The position numbers and the translations under genes were made by a program. The notes below the pieces were generated by a model, which was not told the origin of the DNA, ran no database searches, and saw nothing but the letters and a program-made list of their open reading frames with translations. A DNA stretch of 64,000 bases from Utricularia gibba (taxonomy: Eukaryota > Plantae > Magnoliophyta), in contig NEEC01000016.1 in the NCBI GenBank assembly GCA_002189035.1, positions 1-64,000 on the forward strand, written 5' to 3'. Each line of letters opens with the position of its first letter. The first letter of the stretch is position 1. This document shows, in pieces, positions 25,654 through 40,600 of this stretch.

Positions 25654-28600
25654 CCCCAATGGCTAGACCATTTTGTGACACCATTGAAGGCTTATATAGG
25701 GCCATCCGTCGAGCTTCGAACTTTCCTCGGATGGGCGAGCTCCCAACACGAAAAACGACCGTCTCGGAATGAGCTTCGAAACGGTATGCTGTGTGTCGCG
25801 TGACTCTAAACGGTTTGGACGATGTGGCGTCAATGGCGAAGGCTGCGCGAGGCCACCCCTTGGTGTAGGAAGTCCCGGCCCGAGCACACTAGAAACGCAT
25901 GAGAATGCCGCGAAATTCAAGATTTTTACATATATTAACGAATCACGCGTGTTTCGCAATCCGAGAACAATTTTCGCATAAAAACGAGCAAAGGAGTCGC
26001 AACGTCCCCAATGGCTAGGCCATTTTGTGACACCATTCAAGGCTTATATAGGGCCATCCGTCGAGCTTCGAACTTTCCTCGGATGGGCGAACTCCCAACA
26101 CGAAAAACGACCGTCTCGGAATGAGCTTCGAAACGGTATGCTGTGTGTCGCGTGACTCTAAACGGTTTGGACGATGTGGCGTCAATGGCGAAGGCTGCGC
26201 GAGGCCACCCCTTAATGTAGGAATTCCCAGGGCCCGAGCACACTCGGAGAAACGCATGAGAATGCCGCGAAATTCAAGATTTTGACATATATTAACGAAT
26301 CACGCGTGTTTCGCAAGCCGAGAATTTTCGCATAAAAACGAGCAAACGAGTCCCAACGTCCCAATGGCTAGGCTTTTGTGACACCATTGAGCTTCGAACT
26401 TTCCTCGGATGGGAAGCTCCCAACACGAAAAACGACCGTCTCGGAATGAGCTTCGAAACGGTATGCTTTGTGCGCGTGACTCTAAACGGTTTGGAGATGT
26501 GGCGTCAATGGCGAAGGCTGCGCGAGGCCACCCCTTGGTGTAGGAAGTCCCGGGCCCGAGCACACCCGTAGAAACGCATGAGAATGCCGCGAAATTCAAG
26601 ATTTTGACATATATTAACGAATCACGCGTGTTTCGCAAGCCGAGAACAATTTTCGCATAAAAACGAGCAAAGGAGTCGCAACGTCCCCAATGGCTAGGCC
26701 ATTTTGTGACACCATTCAAGGCTTATATAGGGCCATCCTTCGAGCTTCGAACTTTCTCGGATGGGCAAGCTCCAACACGAAAAACGACCGTCTCGGAATG
26801 AGCTTCGAAACGGTATGCTGTGTGTCGCGTGACTCTAAACGGTTTGGACGATGTGGCGTCAATGGCGAAGGCTGCGCGAGGCCACCCCTTAATGTAGGAA
26901 TTCCCAGGGCCCGAGCACACTCGGAGAAACGCATGAGAATGCCGCGAAATTCAAGATTTTGACATATATTAACGAATCACGCGTGTTTCGCAAGCCGAGA
27001 ACAATTTTCGCATAAAAACGAGCAAACGAGTCCCAACGTCCCCAATGGCTAGGCCATTTTGTGACACCATTCAAGGCTTATATAGGGCCATCCGTCGAGC
27101 TTCGAACTTTCCTCGGATGGGCGAACTCCCAACACGAAAAACGATCGTCTCAGAATGAGCTTCGAAACGGTATGCTGTGTGTCGCGTGACTCTAAACGGT
27201 TTGGACGATGTGGCGTCAATTGCGAAGGCTGCGCGAGGCCACCCCTTAATGTAGGAATTCCAGGGCCCGAGCACACTCGGAGAAACGCATGAGAATGCCG
27301 CGAAATTCAAGATTTTGACATATATTAACGAATCACGCGTGTTTCGCAATCCGAGAATAATTTTCGCATAAAAACGAGCAAAGGAGTCGCGATGTCCCCA
27401 ATGGCTAGACCATTTTGTGACACCATTCAAGGCTAATATAAGGCCATCCTTCGAGCTTCGAACTTTCCTCGGATGGGCGAGCTCCCAACACGAAAAACGA
27501 TCGTCTCAGAATGAGCTTCGAAACGGTATGCTGTGTGTCGCGTGACTCTAAACGGTTTGGACGATGTGGCGTCAATGGCGAAGGCTGCGCGAGGCCACCC
27601 CTTGGTGTAGGAAGTCCCAGGGCCCGAGCACACCTAGAAACGCATGAGAATGCCGCGAAATTCAAGATTTTGACATATATTAACGAATCACGCGTGTTTC
27701 GCAATCCGAGAAAAATTTTCGCATAAAAACGAGCAAAGGAGTCGCAACGTCCCCAATGGCTAGACCATTTTGTGACACCATTCAAGGCTAATATAGGCCA
27801 TCCTTCGAGCTTCGAACTTTCCTCGGATGGGCGAACTTCCAACACGAAAAACGATCGTCTCAGAATGAGCTTCGAAACGGTATGCTGTGTGTCGCGTGAC
27901 TCTAAACGGTTTGGACGATGTGGCGTCAATGGCGAAGGCTGCGCGAGGCCACCCCTTGGTGTAGGAAGTCCCGGGCCCGAGCACACCCGAGAAACGCATG
28001 AGAATGCCGCGAAATTCAAGATTTTGACATATATTAACGAATCACGCGTGTTTCGCAAGCCGAGAACAATTTTCGCATAAAAACGAGCAAAGGAGTCGCA
28101 ACGTCCCCAATGGCTAGACCATTTTGTGACACCATTGAAGGCTTATATAGGGCCATCCGTCGAGCTTCGAACTTTCCTCGGATGGGCGAACTCCCAACAC
28201 GAAAAACGACCGTCTCGGAATGAGCTTCGAAACGGTATGCTGTGTGTCGCGTGACTCTAAACGGTTTGGACGATGTGGCGTCAATGGCGAAGGCTGCGCG
28301 AGGCCACCCCTTAATGTAGGAATTCCCAGGGCCCGAGCACACTCGGAGAAACGCATGAGAATGCCGCGAAATTCAAGATTTTGACATATATTAACGAATC
28401 ACGCGTGTTTCGCAAGCCGAGAACAATTTTCGCATAAAAACGAGCAAACGAGTCCAACGTCCCCAATGGCTAGGCCATTTTGTGACACCATTCAAGGCTT
28501 ATATAGGGCCATCCGTCGAGCTTCGAACTTTCCTCGGATGGGCGAACTCCAACACGAAAAACGATCGTCTCAGAATGAGCTTCGAAACGGTATGCTGTGT

Positions 28601-31600
28601 GTCGCGTGACTCTAAACGGTTTGGACGATGTGGCGTCAATGGCGAAGGCTGCGCGAGGCCACCCCTTAATGTAGGAATTCCCAGGGCCCGAGCACACTCG
28701 GAGAAACGCATGAGAATGCCGCGAAATTCAAGATTTTGACATATATTAACGAATCACGCGTGTTTCGCAAGCCGAGATTAGTTTTCGCATAAAAACGAGC
28801 AAACGAGTCCCAACGTCCCAATGGCTAGGCCATTTTGTGACACCATTCAAGGCTTATATAGGGCCATCCGTTGAGCTTCGAACTTTCCTCGGATGGGCGA
28901 TTTCCCAACACGAAAAACGATCGTCTCAGAATGAGCTTCGAAACGGTATGCTGTGTGTCGCGTGACTCTAAACGGTTTGGACGATGTGGCGTCAATGGCG
29001 AAGGCTGCGCGAGGCCACCCCTTGGTGTAGGAATTCCCAGGGCCCGAGCACACTCGGAGAAACGCATGAGAATGCCGCGAAATTCAAGATTTTGACATAT
29101 ATTAACGAATCACGCGTGTTTCGCAATCCGAGAATAATTTTCGCATAAAAACGAGCAAAGGAGTCGCGATGTCCCCAATGGCTAGACCATTTTGGGACAC
29201 CATTGAAGGCTAATATAAGGCCATCCGTCGAGCTTCGAACTTTCCTCGGATGGGCGAACTCCCAACACGAAAAACGACCGTCTCGGAATGAGCTTCGAAA
29301 CGGTATGCTGTGTGTCGCGTGACTCTAAACGGTTTGGACGATGTGGCGTCAATGGCGAAGGCTGCGCGAGGCCACCCCTTAATGTAGGAATTCCCAGGCC
29401 CGAGCACACAGAGAAACGCATGAGAATGCCGCGAAATTCAAGATTTTGACATATATTAACGAATCACGCGTGTTTCGCAATCCGAGAATAATTTTCGCAT
29501 AAAAACGAGCAAAGGAGTCGTGTCCCCAATGGCTAGACCATTTTGTGACACCATTCAAGGCTTATATAGGGCCATCCGTCGAGCTTCGAACTTTCCTCGG
29601 ATGGGCGAACTCCCAACACGAAAAACGATCGTCTCAGAATGAGCTTCGAAACGGTATGCTGTGTGTCGCGTGACTCTAAACGGTTTGGACGATGTGGCGT
29701 CAATGGCGAAGGCTGCGCGAGGCCACCCCTTAATGTAGGAATTCCCAGGGCCCGAGCACACTCGGAGAAACGCATGAGAATGCCGCGAAATTCAAGATTT
29801 TGACATATATTAACGAATCACGCGTGTTTCGCAAGCCGAGAAATTTTCGCATAAAAACGAGCAAACGAGTCCCAACGTCCCAATGGCTAGGCCATTTTGT
29901 GACACCATTCAAGGCTTAAGGGCCATCCGTCGAGCTTCGAACTTTCCTCGGATGGGCGAACTCCAACACGAAAAACGATCGTCTCAGAATGAGCTTCGAA
30001 ACGGTATGCTGTGTGTCGCGTGACTCTAAACGGTTTGGACGATGTGGCGTCAATGCGAAGGCTGCGCGAGGCCACCCCTTGGTGTAGGAAGTCCCGGGCC
30101 CGATCACACCCGTAGAAACGCATGAGAATGCCGCGAAATTCCATATATTAACGAATCTCGCGTGTTTCGCAAGCCGAGAAGTTTTCGCATAAAAACGAGC
30201 AAAGTCCCAACGTCCCCAATGGCTAGGCCATTTTGTGACACCATTCAAGGCTTATATAGGGCCATCCGTCGAGCTTCGAACTTTCCTCGGATGGGCGATT
30301 CCCAACACGAAAAACGATCGTCTCAGACTTCGAAACGGTATGTGTGTCGCGTGACTCTAAACGACGATTGGCGTCAATGGCGAAGGCTGCGCGAGGCCAC
30401 CCCTTGGTGTAGGAAGTCTTAGAAACGCATGAGAATGCCGCGAAATTCATGAATCACGCGTGTTTCGCAATCCGAGAACAATTTTCGCATAAAAACGAGC
30501 AAAGGAGTCGCAACGTCCCCAATGGCTAGGCCATTTTGTGACACCATTCAAGGTATAGGGCCATCCGGCTTCGAACTTTCCTCGGATGGGCGAATCCCAA
30601 CACGAAAAACGATCGTCTTAGAATGAGCTTCGAAACGGTATGCTGTGTGTCGCGTGACTCTAAACGGTTTGGACGATGTGGCGTCAATGGCGAAGGCTGC
30701 GCGAGGCCACCCCTTAATGTAGGAATTCCCAGGGCCCGAGCACACTCGGAGAAACGCATGAGAATGCCGCGAAATTCAAGATTTTGACATATATTAACGA
30801 ATCACGCGTGTTTCGCAATCCGAGAATAATTTTCGCATAAAAACGAGCAAAGGAGTCGCATGTCCCCAATGGCTAGACCATTTTGTGACACCATTCAAGG
30901 CTAATATAGGCCATCCTTCGAGCTTCGAACTTTCCTCGGATGGGCGACTCCCAACACGAAAAACGATCGTCTCAGAATGAGCTTCGAAACGGTATGCTGT
31001 GTGTCGCGTGACTCTAAACGGTTTGGACGATGTGGCGTCAATGGCGAAGGCTGCGCGAGGCCACCCCTTGGTGTAGGAAGTCCCAGGCCCGAGCACACCC
31101 ATAGAAACGCATGAGAATGCCGAAATTCGAAATTCAAGATTTCCGAATCACGCGTGTTTCGCAATCCGAGAAAAATTTTCGCATAAAAACGAGCAAAGGA
31201 GTCGCAACGTCCCCAATGGCTAGACCATTTTGTGACACCATTCAAGGCTAATATAGGCCATCCTTCGAGCTTCGAACTTTCCTCGGATGGGCGAACTCCC
31301 AACACGAAAAACGATCGTCTCAGAATGAGCTTCGAAACGGTATGCTGTGTGTCGCGTGACTCTAAACGGTTTGGACGATGTGGCGTCAATGGCGAAGGCT
31401 GCGCGAGGCCACCCCTTGGTGTAGGAATCCCGGGCCCGAGCACACCCGTAGAAACGCATGAGAATGCCGCGAAATTCAAGATTTTGACATATATTAACGA
31501 ATCACGCGTGTTTCGCAAGCCGAGAATAATTTTCGCATAAAAACGAGCAAAGGAGTCGCGATGTCCCCAATGGCTAGACCATTTTGGGACACATTGAAGG

Positions 31601-34600
31601 CTAATATAAGGCCATCCTTCGAGCTTCGAACTTTCCTCGGATGGGCAAGCTCCCAACACGAAAAACGACCGTCTCGGAATGAGCTTCGAAACGGTATGCT
31701 GTGTGTCGCGTGACTCTAAACGGTTTGGACGATGTGGCGTCAATGGCGAAGGCTGCGCGAGGCCACCCCTTAATGTAGGAATTCCCAGGGCCCGAGCACA
31801 CTCGGAGAAACGCATGAGAATGCCGCGAAATTCAAGATTTTGACATATATTAACGAATCACGCGTGTTTCGCAAGCCGAGAAAATTTTCGCATAAAAACG
31901 AGCAAAGAGTCCAACGTCCCCAATGGCTAGGCCATTTTGTGACACCATTCAAGGCTTATATAGGGCCATCCTTCGAGCTTCGAACTTTCCTCGGATGGGC
32001 AACTCCCAACACGAAAAACGACCGTCTCGGAATGAGCTTCGAAACGGTATGCTGTGTGTCGCGTGACTCTAAACGGTTTGGACGATGTGGCGTCAATGGC
32101 GAAGGCTGCGCGAGGCCACCCCTTGGTGTAGAATTCCCAGGGCCCGAGCACACTCGGAGAAACGCATGAGAATGCCGCGAAATTCAAGATTTTGACATAT
32201 ATTAACGAATCACGCGTGTTTCGCAAGCCGAGATTAGTTTTCGCATAAAAACGAGCAAAGGAGTCGCAATGTCCCCAATGGCTAGACCATTTTGACACCA
32301 TTGAAGGCTAATATAGGCCATCCTTCGAGCTTCGAACTTTCCTCGGATGGGCAAGCTCCCAACACGAAAAACGACCGTCTCAGAATGAGCTTCGAAACGG
32401 TATGCTTGTGTCGCGTGACTCTAAACGGTTTGGACGATGTGGCGTCAATGCGAAGGCTGCGCGAGGCCACCCCTTAATGTAGGAATTCCCAGGGCCCGAG
32501 CACACTCGGAGAAACGCATGAGAATGCCGCGAAATTCAAGATTTTGACATATATTAACGAATCACGCGTGTTTCGCAATCCGAGAATAATTTTCGCATAA
32601 AAACGAGCAAAGGAGTCGCGATGTCCCCAATGGCTAGACCATTTTGGACACCATTGAAGGCTAATATAAGGCCATCCGTCGAGCTTCGAACTTTCCTCGG
32701 ATGGGCGAACTCCCAACACGAAAAACGACCGTCTCGGAATGAGCTTCGAAACGGTATGCTGTGTGTCGCGTGACTCTAAACGGTTTGGACGATGTGGCGT
32801 CAATGGCGAAGGCTGCGCGAGGCCACCCCTTAATGTAGGAATTCCCAGGGCCCGAGCACACTCGGAGAAACGCATGAGAATGCCGCGAAATTCAAGATTT
32901 TGACATATATTAACGAATCACGCGTGTTTCGCAATCCGAGAATAATTTTCGCATAAAAACGAGCAAAGGAGTCGCATGTCCCCAATGGCTAGACCATTTT
33001 GTGACACCATTCAAGGCTTATATAGGGCCATCCGTCGAGCTTCGAACTTTCCTCGGATGGGCGAACTCCCAACACGAAAAACGATCGTCTCAGAATGAGC
33101 TTCGAAACGGTATGCTGTGTGTCGCGTGACTCTAAACGGTTTGGACGATGTGGCGTCAATGGCGAAGGCTGCGCGAGGCCACCCCTTGGTGTAGGAATTC
33201 CCAGGGCCCGAGCACACTCGGAGAAACGCATGAGAATGCCGCGAAATTCAAGATTTTGACATATATTAACGAATCACGCGTGTTTCGCAATCCGAGAATA
33301 ATTTTCGCATAAAAACGAGCAAAGGAGTCGCATGTCCCCAATGGCTAGACCATTTTGTGACACCATTCAAGGCTAATATAGGCCATCCTTCGAGCTTCGA
33401 ACTTTCCTCGGATGGGCGAACTCCCAACACGAAAAACGATCGTCTCAGAATGAGCTTCGAAACGGTATGCTGTGTGTCGCGTGACTCTAAACGGTTTGGA
33501 CGATGTGGCGTCAATGGCGAAGGCTGCGCGAGGCCACCCCTTGGTGTAGGAATCCCAGGGCCCGAGCACACCCGTAGAAACGCATGAGAATGCCGCGAAA
33601 TTCAAGATTTTACATATATTAACGAATCACGCGTGTTTCGCAATCCGAGAAAATTTTCGCATAAAAACGAGCAAAGGAGTCGCAACGTCCCCAATGGCTA
33701 GACCATTTTGTGACACCATTCAAGGCTAATATAAGGCCATCCTTCGAGCTTCGAACTTTCCTCGGATGGGCGAACTCCAACACGAAAAACGATCGTCTCA
33801 GAATGAGCTTCGAAACGGTATGCTGTGTGTCGCGTGACTCTAAACGGTTTGGACGATGTGGCGTCAATGGCGAAGGCTGCGCGAGGCCACCCCTTGGTGT
33901 AGGAAGTCCCGGGGCCCGAGCACACCCGTAGAAACGCATGAGAATGCCGCGAAATTCAAGATTTTGACATATATTAACGAATCACGCGTGTTTCGCAAGC
34001 CGAGAAAATTTTCGCATAAAAACGAGCAAAGGAGTCGCAACGTCCCCAATGGCTAGACCATTTTGTGACACCATTGAAGGCTTATATAGGGCCATCCGTC
34101 GAGCTTCGAACTTTCGGATGGGCGAGCTCCCAACACGAAAAACGACCGTCTCGGAATGAGCTTCGAAACGGTATGCTGTGTGTCGCGTGACTCTAAACGG
34201 TTTGGACGATGTGGCGTCAATGGCGAAGGCTGCGCGAGGCCACCCCTTAATGTAGGAATTCCCAGGGCCCGAGCACACTCGGAGAAACGCATGAGAATGC
34301 CGCGAAATTCAAGATTTTGACATATATTAACGAATCACGCGTGTTTCGCAAGCCGAGAACAATTTTCGCATAAAAACGAGCAAACGAGTCCAACGTCCCC
34401 AATGGCTAGGCCATTTTGTGACACCATTCAAGGCTTATATAGGGCCATCCGTCGAGCTTCGAACTTTCCTCGGATGGGCGAACTCCAACACGAAAAACGA
34501 TCGTCTCAGAATGAGCTTCGAAACGGTATGCTGTGTGTCGCGTGACTCTAAACGGTTTGGACGATGTGGCGTCAATGGCGAAGGCTGCGCGAGGCCACCC

Positions 34601-37600
34601 CTTGGTGTAGGAAGTCCCGGGGCCCGAGCACACCCGTAGAAACGCATGAGAATGCCGCGAAATTCAAGATTTTGACATATATTAACGAATCACGCGTGTT
34701 TCGCAAGCCGAGAAAGTTTTCGCATAAAAACGAGCAAACGAGTCCCAACGTCCCCAATGGCTAGGCCATTTTGTGACACCATTCAAGGCTTATATAGGGC
34801 CATCCGTCGAGCTTCGAACTTTCCTCGGATGGGCGATTCCCAACACGAAAAACGATCGTCTCAGAATGAGCTTCGAAACGGTATGCTGTGTGTCGCGTGA
34901 CTCTAAACGGTTTGGACGATGTGGCGTCAATGGCGAAGGCTGCGCGAGGCCACCCCTTGGTGTAGGAAGTCCCGGAGCACACCCTAGAAACGCATGAGAA
35001 TGCCGCGAAATTCAAGATTTTGACATATATTAACGAATCACGCGTGTTTCGCAATCCGAGAACAATTTTCGCATAAAAACGAGCAAAGGAGTCGCATGTC
35101 CCCAATGGCTAGGCCATTTTGTGACACCATTCAAGGCTTATATAGGGCCATCCGTCGAGCTTCGAACTTTCCTCGGATGGGCGATTTCCCAACACGAAAA
35201 ACGATCGTCTCAGAATGAGCTTCGAAACGGTATGCTGTGTGTCGCGTGACTCTAAACGGTTTGGACGATGTGGCGTCAATGGCGAAGGCTGCGCGAGGCC
35301 ACCCCTTAATGTAGGAATTCCCAGGGCCCGAGCACACTCGGAGAAACGCATGAGAATGCCGCGAAATTCAAGATTTTGACATATATTAACGAATCACGCG
35401 TGTTTCGCAAGCCGAGAATAATTTTCGCATAAAAACGAGCAAAGGAGTCGCGATGTCCCCAATGGCTAGACCATTTTGTGACACCATTCAAGGCTAATAT
35501 AGGGCCATCCTTCGAGCTTCGAACTTTCCTCGGATGGGCGAGCTCCCAACACGAAAAACGACGTCTCAGAATGAGCTTCGAAACGGTATGCTGTGTCGCG
35601 TGACTCTAAACGGTTTGGACGATGTGGCGTCAATGGCGAAGGCTGCGCGAGGCCACCCCTTGGTGTAGGAATCCCAGGGCCCGAGCACACCCGTGTTTCG
35701 CAGAAACGCATGAGAATGCCGCGAAATTCAAGATTTTGACATATATTAACGAATCACGCGTGTTTCGCAATCCGAGAAATTTTCGCATAAAAACGAGCAA
35801 ACGAGTCCAACGTCCCCAATGGCTAGGCCATTTTGTGACACCATTCAAGGCTTATATAGGGCCATCCGTCGAGCTTCGAACTTTCCTCGGATGGGCGAAC
35901 TCCCAACACGAAAAACGATCGTCTCAGAATGAGCTTCGAAACGGTATGCTGTGTGTCGCGTGACTCTAAACGGTTTGGACGATGTGGCGTCAATGGCGAA
36001 GGCTGCGCGAGGCCACCCCTTGGTGTAGGAATTCCCAGGGCCCGAGCACACTCGGAGAAACGCATGAGAATGCCGCGAAATTCAAGATTTTGACATATAT
36101 TAACGAATCACGCGTGTTTCGCAAGCCGAGATTAATTTTCGCATAAAAACGAGCAAAGGAGTCGCAACGTCCCCAATGGCTAGACCATTTTGGACACCAT
36201 TCAAGGCTAATATAGGCCATCCTTCGAGCTTCGAACTTTCCTCGGATGGGCAAGCTCCCAACACGAAAAACGACCGTCTCAGAATGAGCTTCGAAACGGT
36301 ATGCTGTGTGTCGCGTGACTCTAAACGGTTTGGACGATGTGGCGTCAATGGCGAAGGCTGCGCGAGGCCACCCCTTGGTGTAGGAATTCCCAGGGCCCGA
36401 GCACACTCGGAGAAACGCATGAGAATGCCGCGAAATTCAAGATTTTGACATATATTAACGAATCACGCGTGTTTCGCAAGCCGAGATCGCATAAAAACGA
36501 GCAAAGAGTCGCAACGTCCCCAATGGCTAGGCCATTTGTGACACCATTCAAGGCTTATATAGGGCCATCCGTCGAGCTTCGAACTTTCCTCGGATGGGCG
36601 AACCCAACACGAAAAACGATCGTCTCAGAATGAGCTTCGAAACGGTATGCTGTGTGTCGCGTGACTCTAAACGGTTTGGACGATGTGGCGTCAATGGCGA
36701 AGGCTGCGCGAGGCCACCCCTTGGTGTAGGAATTCCCAGGGCCCGAGCACACTCGGAGAAACGCATGAGAATGCCGCGAAATTCAAGATTTTGACATATA
36801 TTAACGAATCACGCGTGTTTCGCAAGCCGAGATTAGTTTTCGCATAAAAACGAGCAAAGGAGTCGCAACGTCCCCAATGGCTAGACCATTTTGACACCAT
36901 TGAAGGCTAATATAAGGCCATCCGTCGAGCTTCGAACTTTCCTCGGATGGGCGAACTCCCAACACGAAAAACGACGTCTCGGAATGAGCTTCGAAACGGT
37001 ATGCTGTGTGTCGCGTGACTCTAAACGGTTTGGACGATGTGGCGTCAATGGCGAAGGCTGCGCGAGGCCACCCCTTGGTGTAGGAATTCCCAGGGCCCGA
37101 GCACACTCGGAGAAACGCATGAGAATGCCGCGAAATTCAAGATTTTGACATATATTAACGAATCACGCGTGTTTCGCAAGCCGAGAATAATTTTCGCATA
37201 AAAACGAGCAAAGGAGTCGCATGTCCCCAATGGCTAGACCATTTTGTGACACCATTCAAGGCTTATATAGGCCATCCGTCGAGCTTCGAACTTTCCTCGG
37301 ATGGGCGAACTCCCAACACGAAAAACGACCGTCTCGAATGAGCTTCGAAACGGTATGCTGTGTGTCGCGTGACTCTAAACGGTTTGGACGATGTGGCGTC
37401 AATGGCGAAGGCTGCGCGAGGCCACCCCTTAATGTAGGAATTCCCAGGGCCCGAGCACACTCGGAGAAACGCATGAGAATGCCGCGAAATTCAAGATTTT
37501 GACATATATTAACGAATCACGCGTGTTTCGCAAGCCGAGAAAATTTTCGCATAAAAACGAGCAAAGAGTCCAACGTCCCCAATGGCTAGACCATTTTGAC

Positions 37601-40600
37601 AACCATTGAAGGCTTATATAGGGCCATCCGTCGAGCTTCGAACTTTCCTCGGATGGGCGAGCTCCCAACACGAAAAACGACCGTCTCGAATGAGCTTCGA
37701 AACGGTATGCTGTGTGTCGCGTGACTCTAAACGGTTTGGACGATGTGGCGTCAATGGCGAAGGCTGCGCGAGGCCACCCCTTGGTGTAGGAAGTCCCAGG
37801 GCCCGAGCACACCTAGAAACGCATGAGAATGCCGCGAAATTCAAGATTTTGACATATATTAACGAATCACGCGTGTTTCGCAATCCGAGAACAATTTTCG
37901 CATAAAAACGAGCAAAGGAGTCGCAACGTCCCCAATGGCTAGGCCATTTTGTGACACCATTCAAGGCTTATATAGGGCCATCCGTCGAGCTTCGAACTTT
38001 CCTCGGATGGGCGAACTCCCAACACGAAAAACGACCGTCTCGGAATGAGCTTCGAAACGGTATGCTGTGTGTCGCGTGACTCTAAACGGTTTGGACGATG
38101 TGGCGTCAATGGCGAAGGCTGCGCGAGGCCACCCCTTAATGTAGGAATTCCCAGGGCCCGAGCACACTCGGAGAAACGCATGAGAATGCCGCGAAATTCA
38201 AGATTTTGACATATATTAACGAATCACGCGTGTTTCGCAAGCCGAGAACAATTTTCGCATAAAAACGAGCAAACGAGTCCCAACGTCCCAATGGCTAGGC
38301 CATTTTGTGACACCATTCAAGGCTTATATAGGGCCATCCGTCGAGCTTCGAACTTTCCTCGGATGGGCGAGCTCCCAACACGAAAAACGACCGTCTCGGA
38401 ATGAGCTTCGAAACGGTATGCTTGTGTCGCGTGACTCTAAACGGTTTGGACGATGTGGCGTCAATGGCGAAGGCTGCGCGAGGCCACCCCTTGGTGTAGG
38501 AAGTCCCAGGGCCCGAGCACACCCGTAGAAACGCATGAGAATGCCGCGAAATTCAAGATTTTGACATATATTAACGAATCACGCGTGTTTCGCAAGCCGA
38601 GAACAATTTTCGCATAAAAACGAGCAAAGGAGTCGCAACGTCCCCAATGGCTAGGCCATTTTGTGACACCATTCAAGGCTTATATAGGGCCATCCTTCGA
38701 GCTTCGAACTTTCCTCGGATGGGCAACTCCCAACACGAAAAACGACGTCTCGGAATGAGCTTCGAAACGGTATGCTGTGTGTCGCGTGACTCTAAACGGT
38801 TTGGACGATGTGGCGTCAATGGCGAAGGCTGCGCGAGGCCACCCCTTAATGTAGGAATTCCCAGGGCCCGAGCACACCGAGAAACGCATGAGAATGCCGC
38901 GAAATTCAAGATTTTGACATATATTAACGAATCACGCGTGTTTCGCAAGCCGAGAACAATTTTCGCATAAAAACGAGCAAACGAGTCCCAACGTCCCCAA
39001 TGGCTAGGCCATTTTGTGACACCATTCAAGGCTTATATAGGGCCATCCGTCGAGCTTCGAACTTTCCTCGGATGGGCGAACTCCCAACACGAAAAACGAT
39101 CGTCTCAGAATGAGCTTCGAAACGGTATGCTGTGTGTCGCGTGACTCTAAACGGTTTGGACGATGTGGCGTCAATGGCGAAGGCTGCGCGAGGCCACCCC
39201 TTAATGTAGGAATCCCAGGGCCCGAGCACACTCGGAGAAACGCATGAGAATGCCGCGAAATTCAAGATTTTGACATATATTAACGAATCACGCGTGTTTC
39301 GCAATCCGAGAATAATTTTCGCATAAAAACGAGCAAAGGAGTCGCGATGTCCCCAATGGCTAGACCATTTTGTGACACCATTCAAGGCTAATATAAGGCC
39401 ATCCTTCGAGCTTCGAACTTTCCTCGGATGGGCGAACTCCCAACACGAAAAACGATCGTCTCAGAATGAGCTTCGAAACGGTATGCTGTGTGTCGCGTGA
39501 CTCTAAACGGTTTGGACGATGTGGCGTCAATGGCGAAGGCTGCGCGAGGCCACCCCTTGGTGTAGGAAGTCCCAGGGCCCGAGCACACCCTAGAAACGCA
39601 TGAGAATGCCGCGAAATTCAAGATTTTGACATATATTAACGAATCACGCGTGTTTCGCAATCCGAGAATTTTCGCATAAAAACGAGCAAAGGAGTCGCAA
39701 CGTCCCCAATGGCTAGACCATTTTGTGACACCATTCAAGGCTAATATAGGCCATCCTTCGAGCTTCGAACTTTCCTCGGATGGGCGAACTTCCAACACGA
39801 AAAACGATCGTCTCAGAATGAGCTTCGAAACGGTATGCTGTGTGTCGCGTGACTCTAAACGGTTTGGACGATGTGGCGTCAATGGCGAAGGCTGCGCGAG
39901 GCCACCCCTTGGTGTAGGAATTCCCAGGGCCCGAGCACACTCGAGAAACGCATGAGAATGCCGCGAAATTCAAGATTTTGACATATATTAACGAATCACG
40001 CGTGTTTCGCAAGCCGAGAACAATTTTCGCATAAAAACGAGCAAAGGAGTCGCAACGTCCCCAATGGCTAGACCATTTTGTGACACCATTGAAGGCTATA
40101 TAGGGCCATCCGTCGAGCTTCGAACTTTCCTCGGATGGGCGAGCTCCCAACACGAAAAACGACCGTCTCGGAATGAGCTTCGAAACGGTATGCTGTGTGT
40201 CGCGTGACTCTAAACGGTTTGGACGATGTGGCGTCAATGGCGAAGGCTGCGCGAGGCCACCCCTTAATGTAGGAATTCCCAGGGCCCGAGCACACTCGGA
40301 GAAACGCATGAGAATGCCGCGAAATTCAAGATTTTGACATATATTAACGAATCACGCGTGTTTCGCAAGCCGAGATTTTCGCATAAAAACGAGCAAACGA
40401 GTCCAACGTCCCCAATGGCTAGGCCATTTTGTGACACCATTCAAGGCTTATATAGGGCCATCCGTCGAGCTTCGAACTTTCCTCGGATGGGCAACTCCCA
40501 ACACGAAAAACGATCGTCTCAGAATGAGCTTCGAAACGGTATGCTGTGTGTCGCGTGACTCTAAACGGTTTGGACGATGTGGCGTCAATGGCGAAGGCTG

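Noticed and set aside
16812-28817. Extension of the 34-mer back to 16812, because the gTTgagc marker recurs 34 units later
   Set aside because: The units following 16812 and 28817 do not match in order, and 28817 is a chimera. Colinearity at a 34-unit lag starts only at about 18938.
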